From an uncultured Actinomycetota bacterium (lineage in GTDB: Bacteria > Actinomycetota > Actinomycetes > Mycobacteriales > QHCD01): 64,000 nucleotides of DNA. The stretch is from assembly GCA_963828605.1 (NCBI GenBank), contig CAWHER010000001.1:152204-216203 (forward strand). Direction: 5' to 3'. The notes beneath the pieces were generated by a model. The model was not told where the DNA came from. It saw only the letters and a list, made by a program, of their open reading frames with translations, and made no database searches. Shown here piece after piece: positions 9,760-20,178 of this stretch (its first letter is position 1; each line of letters starts with the position of its first letter). The translations under genes and the position numbers were made by a program.

Positions 9760-10449
9760 CTAGTCGGTGCTGACGAACACGTGGGTGGACACCAGTTCGT
9801 CGAAGGTCGCCTCGGGCCGGCCGTCGCCGTGCACCCGGACCCCGCCGTTGTCGGCCGGGTAGACCTTGACCGGCCGGCCGGGTTGCAGCCCGGCCTCCAG
9901 CAGCGCGTGCATGATGGCGGCGTCGGGCTGGATCTGCTCGCTGATCCGGCGTACGACGACCGACGTGCCACCCTCGCCGGCGGCGGCCCGGAGCGTCGTG
10001 AGCGACGGGGCGGATTCGGGGAGGACCCGCCCGCCGAGTTCGTCGAGGCCCGGGATCGGGTTGCCGTGCGGGCACTGGGTCGGGTTGTCCAGCAGCGAGT
10101 AGATCTTGCGCTCGACCTGCTCGGACATCACGTGCTCCCACCGGCACGCCTCGGTGTGCACGTCCTCCCAGTCCATCCCGATGATCCGGACCAGCAGCAG
10201 CTCGGCCAGCCGGTGCTTGCGCATCACCGCCACGGCGAGGCTGTGCCCGGTGGGGGACAGCACCAGGTGCCGGTCGCCCTCGACGGCGACCAGGCCGTCG
10301 CGCTCCATCCGCGCCACGGTCTGGCTCACAGTGGGACCACTCTGCTTGAGCCGTTCGGCGATGCGGGCGCGCAGGGGGACGACCCCCTCCTCCTCGAGCT
10401 CGTACACCGTGCGGAGGTACATCTCCGTGGTGTCGATGAGGTCGCTCAC
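9760..10449 (-). CDS. ideR: DtxR/IdeR family metal-dependent repressor
   Basis: DLIDTTEMYLRT, QSGPTVSQTVARMERDG, MRKHRLAE, EACRWEHV, GNPIPGL; GTG start with TACCAT-N7. Confidence 0.93.
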   Translation of the reverse strand: MSDLIDTTEMYLRTVYELEEEGVVPLRARIAERLKQSGPTVSQTVARMERDGLVAVEGDRHLVLSPTGHSLAVAVMRKHRLAELLLVRIIGMDWEDVHTEACRWEHVMSEQVERKIYSLLDNPTQCPHGNPIPGLDELGGRVLPESAPSLTTLRAAAGEGGTSVVVRRISEQIQPDAAIMHALLEAGLQPGRPVKVYPADNGGVRVHGDGRPEATFDELVSTHVFVSTD

Positions 10450-10499
10450 CCCTGCGATGGTACGGCGCGGCCCCGGCCGGTGCGGCACACTGGTCGACC

Positions 10500-11333
10500 G
10501 TGAGTGACCTCATCGAACCGGCCGAACTCGCGGCGGCCCTCGGCGCCCCGTCCCCTCCCGTGCTGCTCGACGTGCGATGGAGCCTCGGCGGTCCGTCCGG
10601 CGCGGAGCAGTACGCCGCCGGTCACCTGCCCGGCGCCGTCTTCGTCGACCTCGACACGGATCTCGCCGGCCGGCCGGGCGTCCGCGGGCGGCACCCGCTG
10701 CCCGACCCGGGCGCCCTGCAGCAGGCTATGCGCCGATGGGGCATCTCTCCCGGTGCCCCGGTGGTGGTCTACGACGCCGCCGACTCGACCAGCGCCGCCC
10801 GGGCCTGGTGGGTCCTCCGCTGGGCCGGGCACCACGAGGTACGGGTGCTCGACGGCGGGATCGCGGCCTGGCTCCGGGCCGGCCACCCGGTGGACGTCGA
10901 GACGCCGACGCCGGTGCCCGGCGACGTGAGCGTGCAGCCCGGGGACATGCCGACCCTCGACGCGGCCCAGGCGGCCGACGTCGCACGCGTGGGCCGCCTG
11001 CTCGACGCGCGGAGCCCGGAGCGCTATCGCGGCGAGCTGGAGCCGGTCGACCCGGTCGCCGGGCACGTGCCGGGTGCCCGCAGCGCCCCCACCACGGGCA
11101 ATGTCGACGCGGCCGGCAAGTTCCTGCCCGCCGATGAGCTCCGGGCCCGCTTCGCCGATCTCGGCGTCACCGACGCGACGTCGACCGGCGCCTACTGCGG
11201 CTCCGGGGTGACCGCCGCGCACGAGGTGCTCGCCCTGCGCCTCGCCGGCGTGCCGGCCGCGCTCTACGTCGGCTCCTGGAGCGAGTGGGTGCGCGATCCG
11301 GACCGACCGGTCGCCACCGGCGCCCAGCCCTGA
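10500..11333 (+). CDS. Thiosulfate/3-mercaptopyruvate sulfurtransferase (two rhodanese domains)
   Basis: GHLPGA, GRHPLP, LDGG, DAR..RY.G..EP.D..GH.PGA, YCGSGVTA, LYVGSWSEW. Confidence 0.93.
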   Translation: MSDLIEPAELAAALGAPSPPVLLDVRWSLGGPSGAEQYAAGHLPGAVFVDLDTDLAGRPGVRGRHPLPDPGALQQAMRRWGISPGAPVVVYDAADSTSAARAWWVLRWAGHHEVRVLDGGIAAWLRAGHPVDVETPTPVPGDVSVQPGDMPTLDAAQAADVARVGRLLDARSPERYRGELEPVDPVAGHVPGARSAPTTGNVDAAGKFLPADELRARFADLGVTDATSTGAYCGSGVTAAHEVLALRLAGVPAALYVGSWSEWVRDPDRPVATGAQP

Positions 11334-11357
11334 CCGGCGCCCAGCCCTGACCGGCGC
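11316..11357. repeat. 17-bp tandem duplication spanning the sulfurtransferase stop codon
   Basis: accggcgcccagccctg x2 plus partial accggcgc. Confidence 0.85.
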
Positions 11358-11996
11358 TCAGTTCGTCGCGAAGTGCGGGAGCACCTTGACCAGCAGCGCC
11401 CTGCCGATCCGCTGCGAGGCCGCATCGGTGTCGGTGTAGGCCTTCACCACTCCCTCTCCGGTGGCGCTCCGGCCCTCCGCGACGACGATGTCCCCGCCGT
11501 CGAGGATCGCGGCCGGGTGCCCGGCGAGCGTCGTGTCCCGTCCCCGGTTCTCCGCCTTCTGCTGCGCCACCGTGAAGGTGCTGAACTCGTCGACGATCAC
11601 GAAGACGCCGCCGGCGGAGAAGGTGCAGCCGGCCCCGAAGGTCGAGCGCTTGGTCTGCGGGGTCGTCCCGAAGATCTGCCGGAGATCCGCCGGACTCACC
11701 ATGGCGCAGATCGCCCCGTGGGACGTGCTGACGGCGGAGCCGCTGGGAGAGGGGGTGGGCGTCGACCCGCCCGAGGGCGTCGGAGAGGCCGTCGGGGACG
11801 GCGACGGGACGGTGCTGGCCGACGGATGGGAGGTGTCGATCCCGCCGCCGCTCGGCCCGACCGACGGGCTGGGTCCGGCGACGAAGGTGCCGGCGCCGGC
11901 CACCGCCGACCCGCAGCCGGTGGCGGCCGCGACCACGAGGAGGGCCGCGGCGCCGCGGAGCCTGTGTCGATGGGTCACGTCCGGTCCGATCGTCAT
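11358..11996 (-). CDS. Hypothetical lipoprotein with Ser/Pro/Thr-rich linker
   Basis: Lipobox ATGC after a hydrophobic stretch; low-complexity linker; small two-Cys C-terminal domain; gagga RBS. Confidence 0.7.
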   Translation of the reverse strand: MTIGPDVTHRHRLRGAAALLVVAAATGCGSAVAGAGTFVAGPSPSVGPSGGGIDTSHPSASTVPSPSPTASPTPSGGSTPTPSPSGSAVSTSHGAICAMVSPADLRQIFGTTPQTKRSTFGAGCTFSAGGVFVIVDEFSTFTVAQQKAENRGRDTTLAGHPAAILDGGDIVVAEGRSATGEGVVKAYTDTDAASQRIGRALLVKVLPHFATN

Positions 11997-12076
11997 CCCT
12001 ACGTCCTCAGATCGTAGGTGCCCGGTGCGGGGGATGAGGCGATTCGGGGGGTTCGGCACGGGTAGCGTCGACCCCC

Positions 12077-13258
12077 GTGAGCGACTCCGTGGCGATGTTC
12101 TGGGACGACGCGTATCTGGCCTACAACATGGGCCCGACCCATCCCCTGCATCCGGTGCGGGTCGCGCTGACGATGGACCTGGCCCGCTCCTACGGCGTCC
12201 TCGACCGGGCCCCGGTGCGCATGGTGACGCCCGAGGCCGCCACCGATCAGATGCTGGCACTGGTCCACGAACCCGGCTACATCGAGGCGGTGCGCAAGGC
12301 GAGCACCGACTCCGGTTATGTCGGGTACGGCCTCGGCACCCCGGACAACCCCGTCTTCGCCGACATGCACGACTCGGCGGCACTGATCGCCGGCGGCAGC
12401 ATGGGCGCGGCGGATCTGGTGTGGTCCCGGTCGGTCCAGCACGCGGTCAACATCGCCGGCGGCCTGCACCATGCGATGCCGGGTGCGGCGTCGGGCTTCT
12501 GTGTCTACAACGACGCGGCGCTCGCGATCGCCCGCCTGCTGGCGCAGGGGGCCGAGCGGGTCGCCTACGTCGACGTCGACGTGCACCACGGGGACGGTGT
12601 GCAGGAGGTCTTCGCCGACGACCCGCGGGTGCTGACGATCAGCCTGCACGAGAGCCCGCTCACCCTCTTCCCGGGCACCGGCTTCCCCGACGAGATCGGT
12701 CGCGGCGCGGCGGCCGGGACGGCGGTCAACGTCGCGCTGCCGGCCGGGACCGACGATCACGGCTGGCTGCGGGCGTTCCACGCCGTCGTGCCGAGCATGC
12801 TGCGCTCCTTCGCCCCCGAGGTGCTGGTGACCCAGGCCGGGTGCGACACCCACCGCGAGGATCCGCTCGCCAACCTGGCCCTCACCGTCGACGGGCAGCG
12901 GGCGTCCTACGCCGAGCTGCACCGGCTCGCGCACCAGCTCTGCGACGGACGCTGGGTGGCCCTGGGTGGCGGCGGCTACGGCCTGGTGCGCTGTGTGCCG
13001 CGGGCCTGGACCCACCTGCTGGCCGAGGTCACCGGCGAGCCGATCGACCCGGCAACCGACATCCCCGTCGAGTGGGCCGAGGGCGTACGCCGGCGGGGCC
13101 TGGACACCGCACCTCCGACCCGGATGACCGACGGCGTGGAGCCGACGTGGTCGCCCTGGCAGCCGGACGCGGTCGATCCGCTCGACCGCGCCATCACCGC
13201 GACCCGGCGTGCGGCCTTCCCACTGCACGGCCTCGACCCGGACGACCCCAGGGACTGA
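12077..13258 (+). CDS. acuC: Acetoin utilization protein AcuC (Zn-dependent lysine deacetylase family)
   Basis: HPLHPVR, GGLHHA, SGFCVYND, DVDVHHGDG, FPGTG, GGGGY. Confidence 0.92.
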   Translation: MSDSVAMFWDDAYLAYNMGPTHPLHPVRVALTMDLARSYGVLDRAPVRMVTPEAATDQMLALVHEPGYIEAVRKASTDSGYVGYGLGTPDNPVFADMHDSAALIAGGSMGAADLVWSRSVQHAVNIAGGLHHAMPGAASGFCVYNDAALAIARLLAQGAERVAYVDVDVHHGDGVQEVFADDPRVLTISLHESPLTLFPGTGFPDEIGRGAAAGTAVNVALPAGTDDHGWLRAFHAVVPSMLRSFAPEVLVTQAGCDTHREDPLANLALTVDGQRASYAELHRLAHQLCDGRWVALGGGGYGLVRCVPRAWTHLLAEVTGEPIDPATDIPVEWAEGVRRRGLDTAPPTRMTDGVEPTWSPWQPDAVDPLDRAITATRRAAFPLHGLDPDDPRD

Positions 13259-13261
13259 CCG

Positions 13262-15937
13262 GTGGCCGGGGGCGAGTTCCGCACCGCGGCGACGTCGGCG
13301 GCCCCGGCGTACCCCCCGGACTGGGAGGCGGACGTGGTCGCCTCGGACGGGGGCACCGTGCACGTGCGGCCGATCCGGCCGGACGACGGCGACCGCATCC
13401 TCGCGCTGCACGGGCGCCTCTCGGAACGGACCCGCTACCTGCGCTATTTCGGTGCCTACCCGCAGATCCCGGACAAAGACCTGCAGCGGTTCATCCATGT
13501 CGACCACACCGACCGGGTCGCCCTGGTGGCAGAACTCGGCTCCGAGCTGATCGCGGTGGCCCGGTACGAGCGGATCGACGACACCGCGGACGCCGAGGTC
13601 GCGTTCGTCGTCGAGGACGCCCATCAGGGCCGGGGGCTGGGCTCGGTGCTGCTCGAGCACCTCGCCGCGGCAGCCCGGGAACGCCGGGTGCGGCGGTTCG
13701 TCGCCGACGTCCTCGCGGAGAACCCGCGGATGGTCCGCATCTTCCTCGACGCCGGATACTCGGCGACCCGCTCCTACGACAGCGGCGTGATCCGCCTGAC
13801 CTTCCCGATCGAGCCGACCGACACCTCCGTCGCGGTCGCCTTCGAGCGTGAGCAGCGGTCGGAGGCGCGGTCGATCGAGCGGCTGCTCACGCCCCGCTCG
13901 GTCGCGGTCATCGGTGCCAGCGCCGACCCGGCCAAGGTCGGCCACCGGGTGCTCGCCAACCTGCTCGGGTACGAGTTCGGGGGGCCCGTCTACCCGGTCA
14001 ACGCCGAGGCGCGCCACGTCGGCGGGATCCCGGCCTACCCGAGCGTGCTGGCCATCCCCGACGACGTCGATCTCGCCGTGGTCGCCGTCCCGGCCACCGC
14101 GGTCGCCGAGGTCGTCGAGCAGTGCGCCCGCAAGCGGGTCCGCGCTCTGGTGGTGGTCTCGGCCGGGTTCGGCGAACGTGGCGCGGCCGGCCGGGCGGCC
14201 GAGCGTGCGCTGGTCGCCGCTGCGCGGGCCAACGGGATGCGGGTCGTGGGGCCCAACTGCCTCGGGGTGGTCAACACGGACCCGGAGGTCCGCCTCAACG
14301 CCAGCCTGGCGCCGGTCGCGCCGGCCGCCGGCTCGGTGGGCTTCTTCTGCCAGTCCGGTGCGCTGGGCATCGCCACCCTCGAGGCGGCGACCGAGCGCGG
14401 CCTCGGTTTGGCCACCTTCGTCTCGGCCGGCAACCGGGCCGACGTCAGCGGTAACGACCTGCTGCAGTACTGGGCCCGCGACCCGGCCACCGAAGTGGTG
14501 CTGCTGTGGCTGGAGAGCTTCGGCAATCCCCGTAAGTTCGCCCGGCTCGCGCGGCATCTCGCCCGGCAGAAGCCGGTGGCCGTCGTCCGGAGCGGCCGGT
14601 CCGGTGCCGGGCCCGGGCACCCCGACCGGGCCGGTGCGATGCCGGAGGCGAGCGTCGACGCGCTGTTCGCCGAGATCGGGGTGATCCAGGTGGACACCGT
14701 CGCGCAGCTGCTGGACGTCGCGCAGCTGGTCGCCTACCAGCCGCTTCCGACCGGGCGGCGGGTCGGCGTCGTCGGCAACTCCTCGGCGCTCGGGACGTTG
14801 GTGGCCGACGCGTGTCTCGGCGCGGGGCTGCAGATCGCTCCCGGGCACCCGGTCGATCTCGGGCCGGATCCGAGCCCGGAGCAGTTCGCTGCGGCGCTGG
14901 GGGCCACCGTCGACGACGAGGTGGTCGACGCTGTCGTGGTGGTCTTCGCGCCGGCCCTCGTCACCTCCGGTGCCGAGTTCGCGCACGTCATCCGGCAGGT
15001 GACCGACGGGTGCGCCAAACCGGTGGCGTCCACGTTCCTGGCCGCCGAGGGCGTGCCTGCCGAGCTCCGCCGGCCCGGCCCGACGGGAGCGCCGGTGCGC
15101 GGCTCGATCCCGTCCTACCCGTCACCGGAGCGGGCGGTCCTCGCCCTGGCCCGGGCTGTGCGCTACGCGCAGTGGCGCGACCGGCCGCCGGGTGCGGCGC
15201 CCGACCTCCCGGACGCCGACGCGGACGCGGCGCGGGCGGTGGTAGCCGCCGTACTGGCCGCCGACCCGGCCGGCCGGGAACTCACCCGGGAGGAGGTGGG
15301 CAACCTCCTCGCCGCGTACGGCATCCGGCTGTGGCCCGCCCGGGTTATGTCGACCGTGGAGGAGGCGGTCGCCGCGGCCGGTGCCGTCGGCTACCCGGTC
15401 GCCCTGAAATCGACGGCCGCCTGGCTACGGCACCGCCCCGATCTGGGCGGGGTGCGGATCGACCTCGGTGACGACGACGCCCTGCGGGCGGCGTACGCCG
15501 CGATCCCCGGCACCGTCCGTGAGGTCGAGGTGCAGGCGATGGCGCCGAACGGCGTCGCAATCGTGGTCGGTGTCGCGGACGACCCGACGTTCGGCGCGCT
15601 GGTGTCCTTCGGCGTGGGCGGGGTCGCGACGGAGCTGCTCGGCGACCGCGCCTACGCACCCACACCGGTGTCCGATCTGGATGCAGCGCGGCTGGTGCGC
15701 GCACCCCGCGCCGCGCCGATGTTGTCCGGCTACCGGGGCGCCGATCCGGTCGACCTGGACGCGGCGGAGGATCTGGTGCTCCGGGTCGGCCGGCTGGCCG
15801 ACGACCTGCCCGAGGTGCTCGCGCTGACGCTGGATCCGGTGCTGGTGGCGCGATCGGGTCTGACCGTCCTCGCCGCGACCGGACGGGTCGGCCCGGCGAC
15901 CGCGAGAGCGGACACCGGGCCGCGCCGGTTGCGGTGA
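13262..15937 (+). CDS. GNAT / NDP-forming acyl-CoA ligase-like fusion (Pat-type protein lysine acetyltransferase)
   Basis: N-terminal GNAT (HQGRGLG), CoA-binding (VAVIGAS, GPNCLG, QSGALG, SAGNRADVS), C-terminal ATP-grasp-like part. Confidence 0.9.
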   Translation: MAGGEFRTAATSAAPAYPPDWEADVVASDGGTVHVRPIRPDDGDRILALHGRLSERTRYLRYFGAYPQIPDKDLQRFIHVDHTDRVALVAELGSELIAVARYERIDDTADAEVAFVVEDAHQGRGLGSVLLEHLAAAARERRVRRFVADVLAENPRMVRIFLDAGYSATRSYDSGVIRLTFPIEPTDTSVAVAFEREQRSEARSIERLLTPRSVAVIGASADPAKVGHRVLANLLGYEFGGPVYPVNAEARHVGGIPAYPSVLAIPDDVDLAVVAVPATAVAEVVEQCARKRVRALVVVSAGFGERGAAGRAAERALVAAARANGMRVVGPNCLGVVNTDPEVRLNASLAPVAPAAGSVGFFCQSGALGIATLEAATERGLGLATFVSAGNRADVSGNDLLQYWARDPATEVVLLWLESFGNPRKFARLARHLARQKPVAVVRSGRSGAGPGHPDRAGAMPEASVDALFAEIGVIQVDTVAQLLDVAQLVAYQPLPTGRRVGVVGNSSALGTLVADACLGAGLQIAPGHPVDLGPDPSPEQFAAALGATVDDEVVDAVVVVFAPALVTSGAEFAHVIRQVTDGCAKPVASTFLAAEGVPAELRRPGPTGAPVRGSIPSYPSPERAVLALARAVRYAQWRDRPPGAAPDLPDADADAARAVVAAVLAADPAGRELTREEVGNLLAAYGIRLWPARVMSTVEEAVAAAGAVGYPVALKSTAAWLRHRPDLGGVRIDLGDDDALRAAYAAIPGTVREVEVQAMAPNGVAIVVGVADDPTFGALVSFGVGGVATELLGDRAYAPTPVSDLDAARLVRAPRAAPMLSGYRGADPVDLDAAEDLVLRVGRLADDLPEVLALTLDPVLVARSGLTVLAATGRVGPATARADTGPRRLR

Positions 15938-15942
15938 GGGCG

Positions 15943-15987
15943 CGACCTAGTCGACCCGGTCGACCTAGTCGACCTAGTCGACCTAGT
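15943..15987. repeat. 9-bp tandem repeat x5 between convergent genes
   Basis: cgacctagt, cgacccggt, cgacctagt x3. Confidence 0.9.
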
Positions 15988-15998
15988 CGCGGAGCGAC

Positions 15999-17072
15999 CT
16001 ACTCGACGTAGTCCCGCAGCGACCGGGACCGGGACGGGTGACGGAGCTTCGTCATCGTCTCGCGCTCGATCTGGCGGATCCGTTCGCGGCTCAGACCGAA
16101 GGTCCGGCCGATCTCGTCGAGGGTGCGCGGCTTGCCGTCGTCCAGCCCGTAGCGCAGCCGCAGCACCTGCTGCTCCCGCGCCTCGAGGGTGGACAGCACG
16201 TCGTTGAGCTGTTCGCGCATCAGCCGGAACGTCACCGCGTCCTCGGCGACGGGCGCCTCGGTGTCCTCGATGAAGTCCCCGAGCTGGCTCTCGCCGTCGT
16301 CGCCGACCGTCTGGTCCAGGCTCACCAGGTCGCGGGCGTGCGCAGTGAGCTCGGCGATCCGGCCGGGCTCGAGGTCGAGCTCGGCGGCCAGTTCCTCGTC
16401 GGTCGCGTCCCGGCCGAGCTGCTGGTGCAGCAGCCGCCGGGTGCGGGCGAGCTTGTTGACCTGCTCGACCATGTGGACGGGGAGCCGGATGGTGCGGCCC
16501 TGGTCGGCCATCGCCCGGGTGATCGCCTGCCGGATCCACCAGGTCGCGTAGGTGGAGAACTTGAAGCCCTTGGTGTAGTCGAACTTCTCGACGGCCCGGA
16601 TGAGGCCGACGTTGCCTTCCTGGATCAGGTCGAGGAACGGCATGCCGTGCCCGGTGTAGCGCTTGGCGAGCGAGACGACCAGCCGGAGGTTGGCCTCCAG
16701 CAGGTGGTTCTTGGCCCGTGACCCGTCGTTGACCAGGATCTGCAGGTCCCGGCGCTTGGCCCGGGTCTTGGCGGTCTCCTGGTCGGCGAGCAGATGCGCG
16801 GCGTAGAGGCCCGCCTCGATCCGCTTCGACAGGTCGACCTCCTGCTCGGCGGTGAGCAGGGTCACCTTGCCGATCTCGTTGAGGTAGACCCGGACCAGGT
16901 CGGCAGAGGCCGCCGGTGCGTCCTCCACCTCGGTCGAGGCGACTTCGGTGGTCTCATCGTTGACGCCGTTGGCGTTGAGCGGAGTGCCCCGCTGAGTGCG
17001 GTGGCGCCGCGAGGTGATCCGCGGCTCGACGGCCGCGGTACGACGCGGCGGCGAGATGTGTGTCTCGGCCAT
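15999..17072 (-). CDS. sigB: Group 2 sigma-70 factor (SigB-like)
   Basis: [39 protein letters not shown], region 4 RERIRQIE; near ideR as in mycobacterial gene order. Confidence 0.85.
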   Translation of the reverse strand: MAETHISPPRRTAAVEPRITSRRHRTQRGTPLNANGVNDETTEVASTEVEDAPAASADLVRVYLNEIGKVTLLTAEQEVDLSKRIEAGLYAAHLLADQETAKTRAKRRDLQILVNDGSRAKNHLLEANLRLVVSLAKRYTGHGMPFLDLIQEGNVGLIRAVEKFDYTKGFKFSTYATWWIRQAITRAMADQGRTIRLPVHMVEQVNKLARTRRLLHQQLGRDATDEELAAELDLEPGRIAELTAHARDLVSLDQTVGDDGESQLGDFIEDTEAPVAEDAVTFRLMREQLNDVLSTLEAREQQVLRLRYGLDDGKPRTLDEIGRTFGLSRERIRQIERETMTKLRHPSRSRSLRDYVE

Positions 17073-17124
17073 GACTGCCTCCCCTCGTGGTGCGATCTGG
17101 TGTGATCTGGTTGGTCACCTTGTC

Positions 17125-17151
17125 CAACGTCGACGCCTCCGCGATGTTCCC
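17125..17151 (-). promoter_or_regulatory. ECF sigma (SigH/SigE/SigR-type) promoter of sigB
   Basis: Minus strand GGGAAC-N17-GTTG upstream of sigB. Confidence 0.65.
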
Positions 17152-17240
17152 GGCGCAAGGGTGGCCCGGCTCGCCTGGTCCGGCGCTCCACGTGAGTTTG
17201 GTCACACGGTCTGTCCACCGGCCCGCCCACGCGGGCCGGG

Positions 17241-17663
17241 CTAGACCTCGAGCGGGATGGTGACCGGCCCGTCGTTGACCAGCGCCACGGCCATATCCGC
17301 CCCGAATCGGCCGGTCTGTACCGTCGCCCCGCGGCGCCGGAGCGCCGCCACGACGAGCGCCACCAGAGGCTCGGCCACTGCGGCGGGGGCGGCCTGTGTC
17401 CAGGACGGTCGGCGGCCCCTGCGGGTATCGGCGTACAGGGTGAACTGACTGACCACCAGGAGCCCGGCATCGACGTCGGCGGCCGAGCGGTCCCCGGCCA
17501 GGATCCGCATCTCGTGGACCTTGCGGGCCAGCGCCTCGGCCTGTTCTGGGGTGTCACCGTGGGTGACGCCGACGAAGACGACCAGGCCGGCGCCGATCCG
17601 CCCGACGACCTCTCCCGCGACCTCGACGCTGGCGGAGCTGACCCGCTGCACCACCGCCCTCAC
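17241..17663 (-). CDS. dtd: D-aminoacyl-tRNA deacylase
   Basis: [32 protein letters not shown]. Confidence 0.95.
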   Translation of the reverse strand: MRAVVQRVSSASVEVAGEVVGRIGAGLVVFVGVTHGDTPEQAEALARKVHEMRILAGDRSAADVDAGLLVVSQFTLYADTRRGRRPSWTQAAPAAVAEPLVALVVAALRRRGATVQTGRFGADMAVALVNDGPVTIPLEV

Positions 17664-17744
17664 GGGGCCGTCCGGTGGGTTGCGCCGGGGAAATCTGTGG
17701 CAGGCACGGCAGCATTCTGCCGGTCGGCGTGCCAGGCTGGCCGC

Positions 17745-18332
17745 ATGACGTCGCGAACGATCGTGCTCGCCCGGTCGGCCCCGGCCGATGCCCTGCTGGC
17801 CAGTGACCCCCTGGCCCTCCTCATCGGCCTCGTGCTCGATCAACAGGTCCCGATGGAGAAGGCCTTCACCGGGCCCTACGAACTGGCGACGAGGCTGGGA
17901 CAGGACCTCGATGCCACCCGGCTGGCCGGCGCCGATCCCGACGAGCTGGCTGCCGTCTTCACCCGTCCGCCGGCCCTGCACCGGTTCCCGGGCTCGATGG
18001 CGGGGCGGGTGCAGGCCATGTGTCAGATGCTCGTCGACGACTACGGCGGGGACCCCGAGCGGGTCTGGTCCGATGTGCCCGACGGCGCGACCCTGCTCCG
18101 TCGGCTCCGGGCGCTTCCCGGGTTCGGGGAGGCCAAGGCGCGGATCACCGTGGCCCTGCTCGGCAAGCAGTACGGCGTGCAGCCGGAGGGCTGGCGGGAG
18201 GCCGCGGGCAGCTACGGCGAGAAGGACGTCTACCGGTCGGTCGCCGACATCACCGACGACGCCTCACTGGCGCGGGTGCGGGCCTACAAGAAGGAACAGA
18301 AGGCGGCGGCGAAGGCCGCGGCGAACCGCTGA
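17745..18332 (+). CDS. HhH-GPD-type base excision repair protein
   Basis: [43 protein letters not shown]. Confidence 0.88.
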   Translation: MTSRTIVLARSAPADALLASDPLALLIGLVLDQQVPMEKAFTGPYELATRLGQDLDATRLAGADPDELAAVFTRPPALHRFPGSMAGRVQAMCQMLVDDYGGDPERVWSDVPDGATLLRRLRALPGFGEAKARITVALLGKQYGVQPEGWREAAGSYGEKDVYRSVADITDDASLARVRAYKKEQKAAAKAAANR

Positions 18333-18367
18333 ACCCGTGGGTGCTTTCGGAGCGGGCCGGTGGGACG

Positions 18368-18751
18368 ATGGAGAGGCCGGGCGCATCGACCGTCCGGCCG
18401 GGAGGGGCTGGTGACGTGACGCTGCGCAGGCATCACCGCGCCCCGCCGGTGCTCATCACCGAGGCCCCACCGAGCCCGCAGGCCGAACTGGACTACCGAC
18501 GTCGGCGCTACGCGTTCACGATGGGCCTGCGGGTGATCTGCCTGCTCCTGGCGGCGGCGTTCTACCACATCGTGTGGCTCTGGCCGATCTTCGCGGCCGG
18601 CGCGATCGTGCTGCCGTGGGTGGCGGTGGTGTTGGCCAACGACCGACTGCCCACCAAGCCATCCCGATTCCAGCGCTACGTCGGCCTGGCACCTGACCGG
18701 GGTATCGAGCCCGGGGCGGCGGAGACCGCCCGGGTCATCGACGACGAGTAG
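18368..18751 (+). CDS. DUF3099 membrane protein (start may be GTG 18416)
   Basis: LITEA...R.RRY..TM..R..C, GAIVLPWVAVVLAND. Confidence 0.85.
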   Translation: MERPGASTVRPGGAGDVTLRRHHRAPPVLITEAPPSPQAELDYRRRRYAFTMGLRVICLLLAAAFYHIVWLWPIFAAGAIVLPWVAVVLANDRLPTKPSRFQRYVGLAPDRGIEPGAAETARVIDDE

Positions 18752-19841
18752 GCGGCGCCGCCGACTCCGACCGGTCGTCCGCCTTGGGCGCGGCCTGCTC
18801 CGCCGCCGCCAGTTTCGCGCGGCGCCGGGCCCTCCGCTGCGCCCGGCCGGGCGGCTGCGACGGCCACATCTCCTCGACCGCAGCGTTGAACTCGGCCCCG
18901 AGCAGGACCGCGAGCGCGAGCAGGAAGAGGAACAGCAGGGCGGCGATCGGTGAGGCCAGTGCGCCGTACAGGTAGGCCCGGCGGACCACTGAGTCGATGT
19001 AGATCCGCAGCCCGTAGCTGCCGAGCAGGAAGATGCACCCGGCGAAGACCGCCCCGGGGATGCCACGGTGCCACGGCAGGCGCCGGGGGAGTGCCAGGTG
19101 GTAGAGGCTGGTCAGGCCGATCAGCAGGATGACCGCGACCACCGGCCAGTAGAGCGCGTTGACGAAGGTCGCGACGTCACCCTCGATGCGGTGCGGGGCG
19201 AAGTCGACGATCTTGGCCGGCCCGAGGACGAGGATCGGAAGCAGGACCACTCCCAGCAGCACGGACACCAGGTAGATCCACAACGCGATGAGCCGGCTGC
19301 GGATCGCGCCGCGCATGTCCCGCATCCCGTAGGCGATCGTGATCGTGTTGACGAAGGTCGCGGTGGCGGAGGACCCGGCCCACAGGGCCAGCAGGAAGCC
19401 GATGCTGATGACGTCGGCACGGCCGCGCTGCAGAACCCCGTGCACGGTCGGCACGACCAGTTGCTGGACGACGTTGGGGGTGAGCACGTGCTCGATCGAG
19501 GAGATCAGCCGGGCCTCGACGGATTCCACCGTGCTGGGCCCGAAGAGCCCGCCGATGTAGCCGAGGCTGCCCAGCAGGGCCAGGAACAGCGGCGGGATGG
19601 ACAGCAGCTGCCAGAACGCCGCCTCGGCGGAGAGACCCAGGACGCGGTCGCGCCACCCCTTGGCGATCGTCCGGCGCAGCAGCCGCACCGGCCGGTGCCG
19701 GACGACCGGCGCCACGGTGTCGGCGACGGTCTCTTTGACCGATTCGCGGATGCGGTGCTGCTCTGCGGTGGCCCGCTCTACAGCCCGACGGGCCGCCTGG
19801 GGGAAGTCCCGGCGAGACGCCGGATCGTGAGGAGCGGCCAC
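18735..19841 (-). CDS. YihY/virulence factor BrkB family membrane protein
   Basis: GLSAEAAFW.LLS.PP, ALW.GS, YGAL..PI..LL, LLGAEFN. Confidence 0.9.
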   Translation of the reverse strand: MAAPHDPASRRDFPQAARRAVERATAEQHRIRESVKETVADTVAPVVRHRPVRLLRRTIAKGWRDRVLGLSAEAAFWQLLSIPPLFLALLGSLGYIGGLFGPSTVESVEARLISSIEHVLTPNVVQQLVVPTVHGVLQRGRADVISIGFLLALWAGSSATATFVNTITIAYGMRDMRGAIRSRLIALWIYLVSVLLGVVLLPILVLGPAKIVDFAPHRIEGDVATFVNALYWPVVAVILLIGLTSLYHLALPRRLPWHRGIPGAVFAGCIFLLGSYGLRIYIDSVVRRAYLYGALASPIAALLFLFLLALAVLLGAEFNAAVEEMWPSQPPGRAQRRARRRAKLAAAEQAAPKADDRSESAAPPTRRR

Positions 19842-19943
19842 GATTAACCAGGATGCACCGTCGCCGGCGCGGAGGTCGTCAACGACCTCGCCGGCGCGGT
19901 CCCAATTCGGCGCGGACGGTCGCCCGGTTCGGGGCCGCCTCGC

Positions 19944-20129
19944 TCACTCGCCCACGATCTGGGTGGCCACTTCGCGAAGCTTGTCCTGATAGCTGCGGGC
20001 GTGGTGGCCACAGAAGACGAGATCGCCGCCACCGGGCAGAACCACCCGGATCTGGGCCTTCGCGCCACACCGGTCGCAGCGGTCGGCGGCCGATGGGGGT
20101 GCCGCTGTCGTAGTTGCGGTCGGAGTCAC
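19944..20129 (-). CDS. Small conserved zinc-binding protein (DUF7455-like)
   Basis: ADRCDRCGA.A...L..GG.L.FCGHH motif; gaagggaa RBS. Confidence 0.8.
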   Translation of the reverse strand: MTPTATTTAAPPSAADRCDRCGAKAQIRVVLPGGGDLVFCGHHARSYQDKLREVATQIVGE

Positions 20130-20178
20130 GGCGTTCCCTTCTTCGTGTGCATGAAGCAATGACGTTCGTACCCCTGCA

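Noticed and set aside
11999-14986. Long antisense ORFs (995 aa here and 33826..36813, plus many similar)
   Set aside because: Shadow frames opposite genuine genes, expected from high-GC codon bias; no recognisable motifs.
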